Positions 39,127 through 49,287 of a DNA stretch of 64,000 bases are shown piece after piece. The stretch lies in IMG/VR virus record IMGVR_UViG_3300013121_000047, positions 121,442-185,441 of that record. One strand, 5' to 3'. The notes beneath the pieces were generated by a model, which made no database searches, was not told the origin of the DNA, and saw only the letters and a list, made by a program, of their open reading frames with translations. The position numbers were made by a program, and so were the translations under genes. The DNA comes from a virus. Its lineage: Duplodnaviria > Caudoviricetes. Each line of letters starts with the position of its first letter. Position 1 is the stretch's first letter.

Positions 39127-39461
39127 TACAGAACTATGATTTGATCTTTTATCATTTCAATAATTTCTTTTAATAATTCCTGACTAGTATATTCATCTAT
39201 AACAAGTGATGCGGAAAGTTTTAGAAGTTCATTAATATCTGGAATTGAAGCTACAATTCTTATTGTCGCTACAATAGCCTCTCTGGCTGTTTTAAACTCT
39301 AATTTTTGTTTAGAAATCCAAGCTGAATATTTATAATTGTGTATTTTTAAACAATTTTTTGAACAACAACTAATGCTTGCAGATCGATCAGTAAATTTAT
39401 TTTCTTGGGATGGTAAAAACAACATTCCACAATTTGCACAATACGTTTGATAGAATATCAT
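39126..39461 (-). CDS. Zn-finger hypothetical protein (probable start 39461)
   Basis: CANC...CCSKNC; promoter TTGACA-15-TATACT at 39470-39496. Confidence 0.6.
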   Translation of the reverse strand: MIFYQTYCANCGMLFLPSQENKFTDRSASISCCSKNCLKIHNYKYSAWISKQKLEFKTAREAIVATIRIVASIPDINELLKLSASLVIDEYTSQELLKEIIEMIKDQIIVL

Positions 39462-39492
39462 TGGTCCCAAGTATAGATATATGGGGTCTATG

Positions 39493-41349
39493 TCAATGAC
39501 ATACTTTTTCTATTTCGTCTTCAATTTTTAGATCAGAAGCGGCAACCCAGCCGCGATTTTTAGTTAGGATTTTATGGTCCTTTGTGCAAGATATTACAGT
39601 GCCGTCATCAAACTCAAGCTCAACAATTTCTTCATTTTCAATTTCGTATTCCCAACATTTCAATACCTTTTGAACAGATCCATCATGAGTATAAACAAAA
39701 TTTTCTGATTTAGAGAAATCTTCTATTGATTTATAACGTTCTGTAAATGGAACAGCAACTTTTGTTCCAGGTAAAAAACATCCTCTACCTGCACCTAAAA
39801 GCATTTTTTTGCCAATTAAATTAAGACTTTGCGCACAAGTTAAAAAATATTTTTCTAATTTTAAGTGTTTGATAACATCAAGCTCTTCTGATGCTCGATC
39901 TACATATTTAGGATCTTCTGATTTAGCTTTACTTACTAATCCATCCATTACAAGATCAACTAATTCATTAAAACTAATACCTTCTTCAGAAAACCCTTCT
40001 TTTTTCAAACTAGCTAATTTGGTTTCTGGTATAAGTTTATTTAAACTTGGTAATTTTGGAGTTTTATCGTAAACGATTTTTTTGTCTATTAAATCAAATG
40101 CAATATCATGTGTTCTTTCAATCGCATCGCATACTAATTCATGATAATCATCTTTATAAATTTGCGGGTAATCTGCAACACAATATTTTTTATACGCTTC
40201 CCACATTTGTTTTGCATTTTTTGGGTACAACTCATGTTCTAAATCTTCTATTTTTTGAGGAATGATATTTGCATCGATATCCTTTAATTTATTCATTGTC
40301 ATTCTTGCAAGCGTTTTGTAAATAATTCGTTCTTTCCAATGTTCAGGGTTTGGATAATGACAATCTGCCGTTGCAATTAATTTTAATCCAGATGTTTTAG
40401 ATAATTCTATTAAGTGATAATTTAAGATATGCTGGTATGGAAGTTTGTTGAACTGAATCTCAAGAAAGAAATCATCTTTATTACCACCAAGAGCAAAAAT
40501 AAACTGGTCCATAAGAAGTTTTAATTCTTTTTGAATTTGATCGAATTTATATTTAATCAGCTTATCCATTTGAATGGAAAAATCTTCCTCTGTTAAATTT
40601 AAATCCATATAATGTTTTATTAGTATTTTGTTAGGTTCCCCCCCTAAACAAGCAGTACTTGCAATTAAATTACCGTTAGCATTTTGTTTAATTAAGTCAA
40701 AATCTAATCTTGGAAAAAAGTAAAATCCATCTTTGTAAGAAAGAGATGTAAGTTTAAATAAACTATTTAAACCAGTTAAATTTTTTGCTAACAAAACTAA
40801 ATGACTTCTAGATCTAAGAGGATCTCTTGTTTTTGCAGATTTTGTTTCTTCTTCGTCTTCAACAACAGTTGTCTCTATATTGCCTTCTTCAGTGTTTTTT
40901 GAATCTTTCAAAAGAACAACTTCTTTATTAAGAAGTTCATAATTTTTAATCTCTTCTTCAAATTCTTTTTTTCTTTTCTCTTCAATTTCATCGAAAATAA
41001 TAAGACCATCATCCTTAGTTGATTTTGGTTTTTTTATTTTTTTAATGGCTTTTTCTTCTTCTTTTCGTTTTAATGTTGCCTCTTTTAATGAAGACCATTC
41101 TAAAAGAGAAGGAATAAAATACGCTTCTATACCATATAGGACTTTAAAGTTCTTACCTTCTTTTGCAAGATTTTCAAAATATTTATAAGAATGAGAAAAC
41201 GTATTCATGTTTCCATGATCCGTTATAGCATGCGCTTCAAGTTCATTTTTTTGGGCAAAATCAAAATGGTCTGGTGGAAGTCCTATTGCGTCTCCAATGC
41301 TTCCATTGGAATGTGCATGTAGATTTACATATCGCTTGGGTTCTCTCAT
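39493..41349 (-). CDS. dnaE: DNA polymerase III alpha, fragment 1 (PHP domain plus split-intein N half)
   Basis: LHAHS, AITDHG, GIEAY, HLVLLAKN..G, TACLGG, ATADCHY; GAGRG|CFLPGTKV...CTKDHKIL..RGWV (95-aa IntN, 39496-39780). Confidence 0.94.
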   Translation of the reverse strand: MREPKRYVNLHAHSNGSIGDAIGLPPDHFDFAQKNELEAHAITDHGNMNTFSHSYKYFENLAKEGKNFKVLYGIEAYFIPSLLEWSSLKEATLKRKEEEKAIKKIKKPKSTKDDGLIIFDEIEEKRKKEFEEEIKNYELLNKEVVLLKDSKNTEEGNIETTVVEDEEETKSAKTRDPLRSRSHLVLLAKNLTGLNSLFKLTSLSYKDGFYFFPRLDFDLIKQNANGNLIASTACLGGEPNKILIKHYMDLNLTEEDFSIQMDKLIKYKFDQIQKELKLLMDQFIFALGGNKDDFFLEIQFNKLPYQHILNYHLIELSKTSGLKLIATADCHYPNPEHWKERIIYKTLARMTMNKLKDIDANIIPQKIEDLEHELYPKNAKQMWEAYKKYCVADYPQIYKDDYHELVCDAIERTHDIAFDLIDKKIVYDKTPKLPSLNKLIPETKLASLKKEGFSEEGISFNELVDLVMDGLVSKAKSEDPKYVDRASEELDVIKHLKLEKYFLTCAQSLNLIGKKMLLGAGRGCFLPGTKVAVPFTERYKSIEDFSKSENFVYTHDGSVQKVLKCWEYEIENEEIVELEFDDGTVISCTKDHKILTKNRGWVAASDLKIEDEIEKVCH

Positions 41350-41362
41350 GTTTTTTCTTTTT

Positions 41363-41641
41363 TTAGAGAATTTCTACTTGATCTAGAGACTCAATGTCAA
41401 TTTCTAAAATTGGTCTACCATTTTCATCTGTTCTAATATCAACTTTAACATCAATAAACCAAAATGTGTTTATCGGTTCTCTCTGCTGTTGCTCTAATTG
41501 TAGATTTTTTAAATATATATTCATTCCTTCTATTGTGGCTGGTGTCAACCGTTGATATTGAAATTTATCCCATAATCTACCTTGATAAAAGTCTAAAACT
41601 CTGCGAAGAAAATTTCGCTCTATTTTTATTTTACTGTTCAT
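41363..41641 (-). CDS. Hypothetical protein
   Basis: 92-aa ORF. Confidence 0.6.
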   Translation of the reverse strand: MNSKIKIERNFLRRVLDFYQGRLWDKFQYQRLTPATIEGMNIYLKNLQLEQQQREPINTFWFIDVKVDIRTDENGRPILEIDIESLDQVEIL

Positions 41642-42110
41642 TTTTTATTTTTTCTGTTATATACTGAATAAGTTCACTTAATGTGATAGGTTCGACATTT
41701 ACTTGAGAAAAAGTATCACAGTCGCAACTTTGGTTTTCGTCTTCGTAGTGAGGACATTTATAATTAAAATAATTACCCCAAAAATACATTTCTGGTGAAA
41801 AGTGTTTAAAACTATCTATTTTTGATGCGGTAAGATACTTTAATTCAATTTCTGCTTTAATAGCAAGCAAATTTCCAGCATATTTATACGCTTCATAAAG
41901 TTTAAAATTAACCAAACATTCATCTTCGTTTTCTAGTGGAATTCCCGAGTAAAACTGTTGCTGAAACTGTTTTAAACATAAAATATATTCTAAAAAATCT
42001 TTTTTTGATATAGGAGAATCATTATATCTGGAAATGGATAAGTGTTTCCCGTCAAACAGTATATCGACGAAACTTTTCGTTGAAAGTGTTATTTTTTGCT
42101 TAGTTTGCAT
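41631..42110 (-). CDS. Hypothetical protein
   Basis: 159-aa ORF. Confidence 0.6.
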   Translation of the reverse strand: MQTKQKITLSTKSFVDILFDGKHLSISRYNDSPISKKDFLEYILCLKQFQQQFYSGIPLENEDECLVNFKLYEAYKYAGNLLAIKAEIELKYLTASKIDSFKHFSPEMYFWGNYFNYKCPHYEDENQSCDCDTFSQVNVEPITLSELIQYITEKIKNEQ

Positions 42111-42112
42111 GT

Positions 42113-42859
42113 TTATTTTCCGTAGCGGAAAAATTTCAATTCTTCATCATGAAGAAGAGTACATTTTTCTTTATCTTTAAAAAGATCTGTTATTAGTGCC
42201 GATTTTCCGTTTAAAATACATTCATTTTTAATAAGCCTTAAACCATGGGAATAATCTACATATGTAATAACGTGATCTACGGCATTTAAATTTTGAATTA
42301 TAGACCCATCCGAATTAAACCACCCAAAAATTGCAACATTATTTTTGTACTTAGAGTTTGTTAAAATGTTTGTTAACACAACATCTTTTTTGTGTCCCGC
42401 TACTAAATCGCCAGGATTCCATCCACTTAATTTCATTTGCTCTTGAACTTTTTTTGAATGATCAAAATAACATTTTGTAGAATCTCTATTATATTTTTTC
42501 GATTCATTTTTATAAAGTTCACCCCAAGAAACTGCTCTTGGCTTTATTTTTGCAGCGGAATATATTTGCTTAACCATTTTTGGAGTTGGCAACAACAGGT
42601 TATGTGTAGCCATTAGTTCGAGCGCTGTCAAGGGGCTCATCGGACAGTGAATCCACTCTTGTTCATTTCCAAGACAAATATAATCACAAGAAACAAAATA
42701 TTCTAAAGTATTACTACCTTCAGAAACTATAATTTTGCAAAAATTTTGCAATAACCAATTTGGTAGAATTCCTTGCGTTAAAAATGATTTAATCTTCTGT
42801 TCCCTAACCGTTTGATTGGAAGCAGAAGATAATTCACTAAAAATATCTATTAAGTTCAT
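42113..42859 (-). CDS. Conserved hypothetical protein (putative enzyme)
   Basis: LPTPKMV, LVAGHKKDVV, AIFGW, H...YVDYSHGLRLI look like conserved motifs. Confidence 0.7.
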   Translation of the reverse strand: MNLIDIFSELSSASNQTVREQKIKSFLTQGILPNWLLQNFCKIIVSEGSNTLEYFVSCDYICLGNEQEWIHCPMSPLTALELMATHNLLLPTPKMVKQIYSAAKIKPRAVSWGELYKNESKKYNRDSTKCYFDHSKKVQEQMKLSGWNPGDLVAGHKKDVVLTNILTNSKYKNNVAIFGWFNSDGSIIQNLNAVDHVITYVDYSHGLRLIKNECILNGKSALITDLFKDKEKCTLLHDEELKFFRYGK

Positions 42860-42881
42860 GAAATTACATAGCTGTGTAATT

Positions 42882-44831
42882 TTATTTTAGATCAATAATA
42901 TCACAAGCGCCAGAAGTGCAAGCTAACTCTTGAATTCCTGTTGTACCATCTTCAGTTTCAAATAAACTAAAATCTTTCCAAGATATTTCTTTTGGAAATT
43001 GAGATAAAAATTCTTTATATTGAGTTTCTGTAATTTCTTGATATGGAGCTTGCCTGTATGTATGTTCTGATTTTGGCAAAAATGAAACTCCTCCAATGCT
43101 GTCAAAATTTTTGTAAACCCATGCTCCTACATCCATCCACTCATCTTCAGCAACCTGAATTGTAACGGACGGATTATGTTCCGTCCAATTTTCTCTGTAA
43201 GTTTTCCATAATTCAAGATGTTGGATCGCGGTTAATTCTTTAGAAGTTATAACATCTTTTGGAGCCTTAATTGGAAAAGAGAAAACTGTTGTATTTTCTG
43301 GTTTTAAAAAATCTGGTTCATTTGGTACGCCAGATGCCTTTAAAAAGGCAGTAAGTGGATCTTTGTTATCTGCCCTAACTGTTCTAATATAGTATTCGGA
43401 ATACCAAGGATGTATTCCGCTAGATACCCCTACTAATTGAGAAACTGTTCCAGATGGCTTAACACATGTAATTGCCGCACTTGTTTCAATGCCAATTTTT
43501 TCTGCTTCTAATTTATTTATTTCAACAGCGTACTCGCGCATTTTTATCAGTCTCTGTGCCAATTCTGTGCTATTAGTTGACATAAACTTATTTCCAAAAA
43601 TACCAGTTAAAGAAACACCTAAAAGTCTTTCTTCTTCACAGTTATTTTTCCATGTTTTTCTTATATATTTAAAATTTGTTAATGAAGACTGCCAAGTTCC
43701 AAGCAGTGTGGCTAGTTTTACTTTTCTTAAAAGATCTTTTTCTGTATCAAATTCTTTAACCACAATTTCTGTTAAATTGCAAAATTGTAAACTTCTCAAA
43801 ATGATTTCGGCACAAGGATTTGTTCCAAAAGATTTAGTGATATTTCTTCTACCAAATTTTTCCAAATGTTTTTTTACAGATTCAGCATTGTAAATACCAC
43901 GTTCTCCAGATTTTGATTCATATAAATTTCTCCATTCTCTCAAAAATTGAGCTATATTTGGCTTAGAATAATATGTTGCTGAATTGTTTGCTAGTGCTCT
44001 CTGTGGTTGAGATTCCCACCATTGACCACTTTTTGCTTTTGCCATTTCAAAATCATCTAAATTTGACAGTGAAATTAAAGCCGATCTACGGACTCCTCCG
44101 ACAACAACAACTTCTCCAATTTTGCACATAATGTCGTGGGCTTCAATTGGCTTAAGCTTTCTTCCTTTTGCGTTTTTAAATAATTGAACTGTAAACGAAA
44201 ATAATTCTTTCAAGGGCTCAGGGCCAGATGCCCTTCCACCAAAGGTTTTAAGTCTAGTGCCTGCTGGTCTAATTTTATGCATATCCCATTTTGGGATTTG
44301 TCCATTTGCTAATAAAGATATTAATTCTTTGTAAGCTTTAGCCCAGCCTATTTTACTATCCTCAACAACAATTGTCGTTTCAGTTTGTTCGAACTCATCA
44401 GCTATAATTGGCAAACTCTTTATATAGTCTTGTTCAACTGAAAATCCCACACCAGTGCCATTCATTAAAATATACATTGCTTCATCAAAAGCTCTTAACG
44501 AATCAACTGCAATAAAAGAACAATTATAAGCTGCAACATTGTCAATGTCCATTGCGTTACCCGCCGTCATCAAAGCTCTCATTGATGGCATAATATCATG
44601 TTCGAGTATTGCGGTTTTTATTTCATCAAATATTTTATCAGATGAATCGTATTTGTAATTTAAAACTAAATGTTTTTTCATAAATGAAATATATCTGTCA
44701 ACTGTTTCGACCCAATTTTCTCGACGTTGACTTTCTTCAATCCATCTTGCGTATCTACTGATATGTATAAAATTTTTATACGGATCAGAAATGTAGCCTT
44801 CTTCATTTATAATGGAATTATTTGTTGTCAT
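42882..44831 (-). CDS. nrdJ: Class II (B12-dependent) ribonucleotide reductase
   Basis: PSMRALM, YNCSF, GTGVGFSV, GGVRRSA, TNPCAEI, QFCNLTE, TCVKPSGTVSQL, C-terminal CTSGAC. Confidence 0.92.
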   Translation of the reverse strand: MTTNNSIINEEGYISDPYKNFIHISRYARWIEESQRRENWVETVDRYISFMKKHLVLNYKYDSSDKIFDEIKTAILEHDIMPSMRALMTAGNAMDIDNVAAYNCSFIAVDSLRAFDEAMYILMNGTGVGFSVEQDYIKSLPIIADEFEQTETTIVVEDSKIGWAKAYKELISLLANGQIPKWDMHKIRPAGTRLKTFGGRASGPEPLKELFSFTVQLFKNAKGRKLKPIEAHDIMCKIGEVVVVGGVRRSALISLSNLDDFEMAKAKSGQWWESQPQRALANNSATYYSKPNIAQFLREWRNLYESKSGERGIYNAESVKKHLEKFGRRNITKSFGTNPCAEIILRSLQFCNLTEIVVKEFDTEKDLLRKVKLATLLGTWQSSLTNFKYIRKTWKNNCEEERLLGVSLTGIFGNKFMSTNSTELAQRLIKMREYAVEINKLEAEKIGIETSAAITCVKPSGTVSQLVGVSSGIHPWYSEYYIRTVRADNKDPLTAFLKASGVPNEPDFLKPENTTVFSFPIKAPKDVITSKELTAIQHLELWKTYRENWTEHNPSVTIQVAEDEWMDVGAWVYKNFDSIGGVSFLPKSEHTYRQAPYQEITETQYKEFLSQFPKEISWKDFSLFETEDGTTGIQELACTSGACDIIDLK

Positions 44832-44852
44832 GTTATTTTCCCTATTATTTTT

Positions 44853-46286
44853 TTATTCGTTAAATACATCTTTTACTTCACTATCTAGTTCTTTGAGTTT
44901 TCGTTGTCTTTCTTTAAAGAAATTTTTTAAGTTTGGATTTGATGATCCGCCATTTGCAGCAGTTTTAACAGCCAAATCTTTGTTGGTTTCTGTGGTATTT
45001 TCTTCCAGTACAGCCAGTGTTGATTTTGCGGTATCTAAGAAAATATTATATGTTCTATCTTTTATACCCATTCTATTTTTTGCAACATGTAAAGTACCAT
45101 ACCCAGCTTTCTGGAAAAGACCAATTATAAAATCTGCTTCGGCGGCCTGTGCGTAAGATTCTGCTAAATTAGTTTCATCAACAACGCCAGACTTAGTTCC
45201 ATCTTTATTAGATTGCAATGCTGTCCAAATTGGACAAAACATTTCTTTTGCCATTGCTCTTAACTCTCTAATAATCAATTGAAGCTCAATTCTTGTGTGT
45301 TCGTGTTTTTCTGAACTCCTTAAAAGAGCTGCATAATCTACAATTATAATATCTGGTTTTAGGTTCTTATATGCCATTTTTTCGATAAAAGTTTTTAAAT
45401 TAGTTACAGTTGGAACTCCAGATGGAAATTCTTTGATTATTAATTTTCCTAATGTTCCTTTTTCTTTTAACTCATCGATTTCTTGTTTAACCGTATCTTT
45501 ATTTTCACCAAGATCTGAACAATCAATTTTTGTTATATATGAGTCGTATCTTAGTGCTACATATTCCTCTGGCATTTCCATTGTAAAATGGAAAACAGTT
45601 TTTCCTCTAAGTAAAGCTTCTGCTCCAAACTGGATTAACAAGTGTGATTTACCGTGATTTGTTGGGGCCACAACAATTCCAATTTCTTTTGGAGCCAACC
45701 CTCCATTTAAAATAACCTTTTGATCTAATTCAGGAATTCCAGTTGAAATTGGAAGTCTCGCTTCTTTAGAATATCTTCTTTCAAATTCTTCTGTGTAATC
45801 TAATCCTTGCGATTGTGTTATACCAAATGAAGCTACTTCTTTTATTTTTTGAACAACTAAATCATAGTTTCCTTGTTCAACAAAGGATGTTGCCTCTAAA
45901 ACAGTTTGATATGTTTTTTGCTTTTTACACCAATCAAGAGATTTTTCTTTTGCATATTTTAAATCTCCAAGATGTTCATTTTTTTTAACATCAGACAAAA
46001 ACATGTCTATTCTGTTTTGAAGTGGTTTATCACTATTAAACGTTTCCTTTGTCATTGAAGACAAAAGATCTAAAGAAGGAAATTCTTTATATTTTTCATG
46101 ATGTTTTAAATAAAGTTTAGAAACAGCTTTTAAATGATAACTGTCGTCATCAAAAAAATCTGGTGAGAAAACTTCTATAAATCCTTTCGCCCATTCTTTA
46201 TCTACAATCATAGCTTGCAAAATGCGTTCTTGCATTGCCTGATTCCAGTTTGCATCAGAGAAAGATCTAGCTATCGAGTCAGTCAT
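44853..46286 (-). CDS. Replicative helicase (DnaB/gp41-like)
   Basis: ISTGIPELD, APTNHGKS Walker A, TMEM, IIVDYA, WTALQSN, KNRMG. Confidence 0.9.
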   Translation of the reverse strand: MTDSIARSFSDANWNQAMQERILQAMIVDKEWAKGFIEVFSPDFFDDDSYHLKAVSKLYLKHHEKYKEFPSLDLLSSMTKETFNSDKPLQNRIDMFLSDVKKNEHLGDLKYAKEKSLDWCKKQKTYQTVLEATSFVEQGNYDLVVQKIKEVASFGITQSQGLDYTEEFERRYSKEARLPISTGIPELDQKVILNGGLAPKEIGIVVAPTNHGKSHLLIQFGAEALLRGKTVFHFTMEMPEEYVALRYDSYITKIDCSDLGENKDTVKQEIDELKEKGTLGKLIIKEFPSGVPTVTNLKTFIEKMAYKNLKPDIIIVDYAALLRSSEKHEHTRIELQLIIRELRAMAKEMFCPIWTALQSNKDGTKSGVVDETNLAESYAQAAEADFIIGLFQKAGYGTLHVAKNRMGIKDRTYNIFLDTAKSTLAVLEENTTETNKDLAVKTAANGGSSNPNLKNFFKERQRKLKELDSEVKDVFNE

Positions 46287-46404
46287 TTATTTATACCCGT
46301 TATATTCCTTTATTATTTAAACGTGCGAAATCTCAGCTAAAAATAGCCTTTTTCAAATTCAAAATCATTAGTATTACTAATGAGTATCCTTGAACAAATT
46401 TTTC

Positions 46405-47388
46405 TTATCTCACTAACTTTTTTAGTTCTATGAGGAAATTATCCCATTCTTGCGTATGCTGCATTTTTGCAGCACTTAAAATCTTCACAAATTCCATTCT
46501 TCTTAAAAGATTGTTTCGTTCAGAAACTTGTTTATCAATTTCTGCGATCTGTGAAGCAGATAGGACAGTTGTTGAAAGATACATCAACTGCCAATTTTTT
46601 TCAACAGTCTCGAAGTATTCATGAATATTTTTCAGAGCCTTGGTAGGCTTTTTTGTCTCATTTATCAGATTTTGAGTTTGTTCTTTTAACCATTTTAAAT
46701 CTTTTTCTTCTTTTAAAAGATCTGGAAAAAGTTTTACTGCGGTTTTTTCTCCAACTCCATCAATACCTTCAATTGAATCAGATTGATCTCCGATCATTGA
46801 CCTTAATAGGCAGACATTTTCTGGAACAACTCCAAATTTATCTTTTACATAATCAGTCGAAATAAACAATTTCTTTAATGGGTCATAGATCTGTATCTGT
46901 GGATCAACTAATAATTGATAGAAATCTTTATCTCCAGATAAAATCACTTTTTTGTCTGATAAAGATTTTAATTTAGAGCTTGCTAAATATGCAATGATAT
47001 CGTCACACTCAGTGTTTTCCACATATATTTGATATATTGGTAAACAGTCTAAAAGACTTAACAATAAACTAAGCTGTTTGGGCTTATTATTTTCATCATA
47101 AAATGGATTTACTCTTCCATCATCTCTATATTGATTATATTCTTTAATTTCATTTTGTTTTGAACTGTGTGCTTTATAGTTTGAATCAATAGATTTTCTT
47201 CTAGAAGAAGGGCCACCTTGCTCCCAAACTACAACGATTTCTTTTGGCTGAATTGTTCGATATGCATATTTTAAAGTATTTATAAACCCAACAACCCCGC
47301 CAACAAGATCTCCATTTGCAGTAACTGTTTGATTTGCTGCAAAATTTCGCATAAAATTATTAAATCCATCAACTAGAAGAATAGTCAT
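46405..47388 (-). CDS. 5'-3' exonuclease / T4 RNase H-like flap nuclease
   Basis: LLVDGFN, YKA, ECDDII, SGDKDFYQL, GDQSDSIEGIDGVGEKTA. Confidence 0.9.
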   Translation of the reverse strand: MTILLVDGFNNFMRNFAANQTVTANGDLVGGVVGFINTLKYAYRTIQPKEIVVVWEQGGPSSRRKSIDSNYKAHSSKQNEIKEYNQYRDDGRVNPFYDENNKPKQLSLLLSLLDCLPIYQIYVENTECDDIIAYLASSKLKSLSDKKVILSGDKDFYQLLVDPQIQIYDPLKKLFISTDYVKDKFGVVPENVCLLRSMIGDQSDSIEGIDGVGEKTAVKLFPDLLKEEKDLKWLKEQTQNLINETKKPTKALKNIHEYFETVEKNWQLMYLSTTVLSASQIAEIDKQVSERNNLLRRMEFVKILSAAKMQHTQEWDNFLIELKKLVR

Positions 47389-47389
47389 A

Positions 47390-47860
47390 TTAGTTTGATA
47401 ATTCTCCTGTATCCGAGAAAATGTTCGGATACTTCTTATTTTCCTGTTTCATACTCTTAAAAATTTGTTCTTTTTCTAACCAAGCTTGATATATTAGAAT
47501 ATACAAAAATAAAACATTTTTAGTTGCATCTCCGAGGTCATCTATATTAGTTTTATATTTGACAACTAACAAACGTTCAACCGCATCGAAAAATGGATAT
47601 GCAACATTTTTTCTAAATTCCTCTTCGTTTATTGAATAAATCTTATAAAATTCAGTGGTGGAAATATCCATACAAGATTTTATAAAATCACTAAAAGATT
47701 TATAATCTTCACCTTGAAGACCACATAAAACAATTTTAATTGCCTTTTCTTTATTTTCTAGAGAAAACGTATAATTTCCAGCAAGGAGTTTATGCTCTAG
47801 TGTTTTATTATCTTTTGATGTTATAAAAATATCAAATGGCATCATTGAATCTTTTACCAT
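47390..47860 (-). CDS. Hypothetical protein
   Basis: 156-aa ORF. Confidence 0.6.
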   Translation of the reverse strand: MVKDSMMPFDIFITSKDNKTLEHKLLAGNYTFSLENKEKAIKIVLCGLQGEDYKSFSDFIKSCMDISTTEFYKIYSINEEEFRKNVAYPFFDAVERLLVVKYKTNIDDLGDATKNVLFLYILIYQAWLEKEQIFKSMKQENKKYPNIFSDTGELSN

Positions 47861-47863
47861 AAT

Positions 47864-48328
47864 TTAAACTCCTGAAGAGCCAAATCCTTTTTGGCCTCGT
47901 GAGGTTTCACTTATCGAGTCTGTAAACGATAAACTTATTTCACTTGGGAGTGCATCAATTTTATAAATTATAAGTTGTGCTATTTTGTCGCCAATTTTAA
48001 ATGTATAAGGTTGATTACTATTATTGTTCATAATACATTTTATTTCTCCTCGATATGAAATATCAATAATGCCACCAGTTGGCACTATTCTTTTTAGTGC
48101 TAAACCAGAACGTCCCTCAATTTTTAAAAAACGAGAAATGTTGTCAGTTGTTTTAACATCTGCAAGTTGCAGACCAGTTGGAATTGCACGAGTTTCCCAA
48201 GGAAGCAATGTTATTTCTTCAGAAGAACATAAATCAAAAGCAGCATCATTTTCATGTGCTTTTTTTGGTAAAAAATTTAATTCAGGATTTGGATGTATAG
48301 CAGTTTGCTTGAACTGTATTTCTATCAT
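47864..48328 (-). CDS. dut: dUTPase
   Basis: AAFDL, GRSGLA, GIIDISYRGE, KIAQL, RGQKGFGSSG. Confidence 0.93.
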   Translation of the reverse strand: MIEIQFKQTAIHPNPELNFLPKKAHENDAAFDLCSSEEITLLPWETRAIPTGLQLADVKTTDNISRFLKIEGRSGLALKRIVPTGGIIDISYRGEIKCIMNNNSNQPYTFKIGDKIAQLIIYKIDALPSEISLSFTDSISETSRGQKGFGSSGV

Positions 48329-48337
48329 AGTTCAGCA

Positions 48338-48366
48338 ACTATAGCCCATGATTTCACGAAGAGCAA
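48338..48366 (-). promoter_or_regulatory. Sigma70-like promoter for dut
   Basis: TTGCTC-17 bp-TATAGT, 9 nt before ATG. Confidence 0.5.
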
Positions 48367-48384
48367 TTCTCGAAAGTATTTCCC

Positions 48385-49287
48385 TTAATCCACACTGTGC
48401 TCGTCAATTGCTGTTGCACTTGCAGCCGTTAATGTATCCTTTTCACTATCTTTTAAGATGTAACAACCATCGCAAAGCATAAAAATATACTGATTAAATT
48501 TTTCATCATTGATGATATTGCAAAAATCAGATTTATAGAAATTTTTATCTACTTTAATTTCACCAGTTAAACAGTCAACTAATTCAATTTTTTTCCAGGC
48601 ACCAGCTCCAGAAATTACCGCAACGATACCATTTATTGAATATTTTTCACGATTTTCTTTAAATTTTGGGGAATCACAAAACACCCTTAAGTCATCAAAC
48701 AAAATTTCGTAGTCATTTATTCCTTTATCATATATTATTTGCAATTCTGCTTGCCGATATGGTCTTGCAACTTTATTTTTTATTGTTGCAACCCTTACCT
48801 GAATACCTTTAATAATTTCTTGTTTGTCTATTGTTTCTTTGATTTTTTGAGGAGTATAGACACGCAATCTAACAGAAGCAGCAAAAGGAATTGCCATTCC
48901 GCCTGGGGTCGTTGTATTGTGGTTAATATGACCCTCTGCTATATAATTATGCGTATCTTCTACACATAAATCTAAAACTTCTATTGGCTCATTAACCAAT
49001 TTTGCCAATGGATGATCTTTTAATTTGACCCATTTATTTTTATAAAAAACTTTATGTTCAGCAGTTCCTTTTAAAGAACCTAGTCGGTAATGGGTTTCAC
49101 TTTTATTTTTAACAACTAAATCAGTTATTTTTTTCCAACATTTTGTTTTAGTTTTAATGTCATAACTTTCAATTTCGATTTCATTATCTTCAATATTAAG
49201 CATTCCAACTTCGTCAAATGATTGAAGGCCATTTTCTTGAAATAGTTGTTTAAATGTTACTGTTTCTTCTTTATATTTTTTTTCCAT
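48385..49287 (-). CDS. recA: RecA/UvsX C-terminal fragment fused to the 124-aa C half of an atypically split intein
   Basis: GTAEHKV block B, VLDLCVEDTHNY, INHN|TTTPGGMAIPFAASVRLRV, KNKVARPYR. Confidence 0.9.
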   Translation of the reverse strand: MEKKYKEETVTFKQLFQENGLQSFDEVGMLNIEDNEIEIESYDIKTKTKCWKKITDLVVKNKSETHYRLGSLKGTAEHKVFYKNKWVKLKDHPLAKLVNEPIEVLDLCVEDTHNYIAEGHINHNTTTPGGMAIPFAASVRLRVYTPQKIKETIDKQEIIKGIQVRVATIKNKVARPYRQAELQIIYDKGINDYEILFDDLRVFCDSPKFKENREKYSINGIVAVISGAGAWKKIELVDCLTGEIKVDKNFYKSDFCNIINDEKFNQYIFMLCDGCYILKDSEKDTLTAASATAIDEHSVD

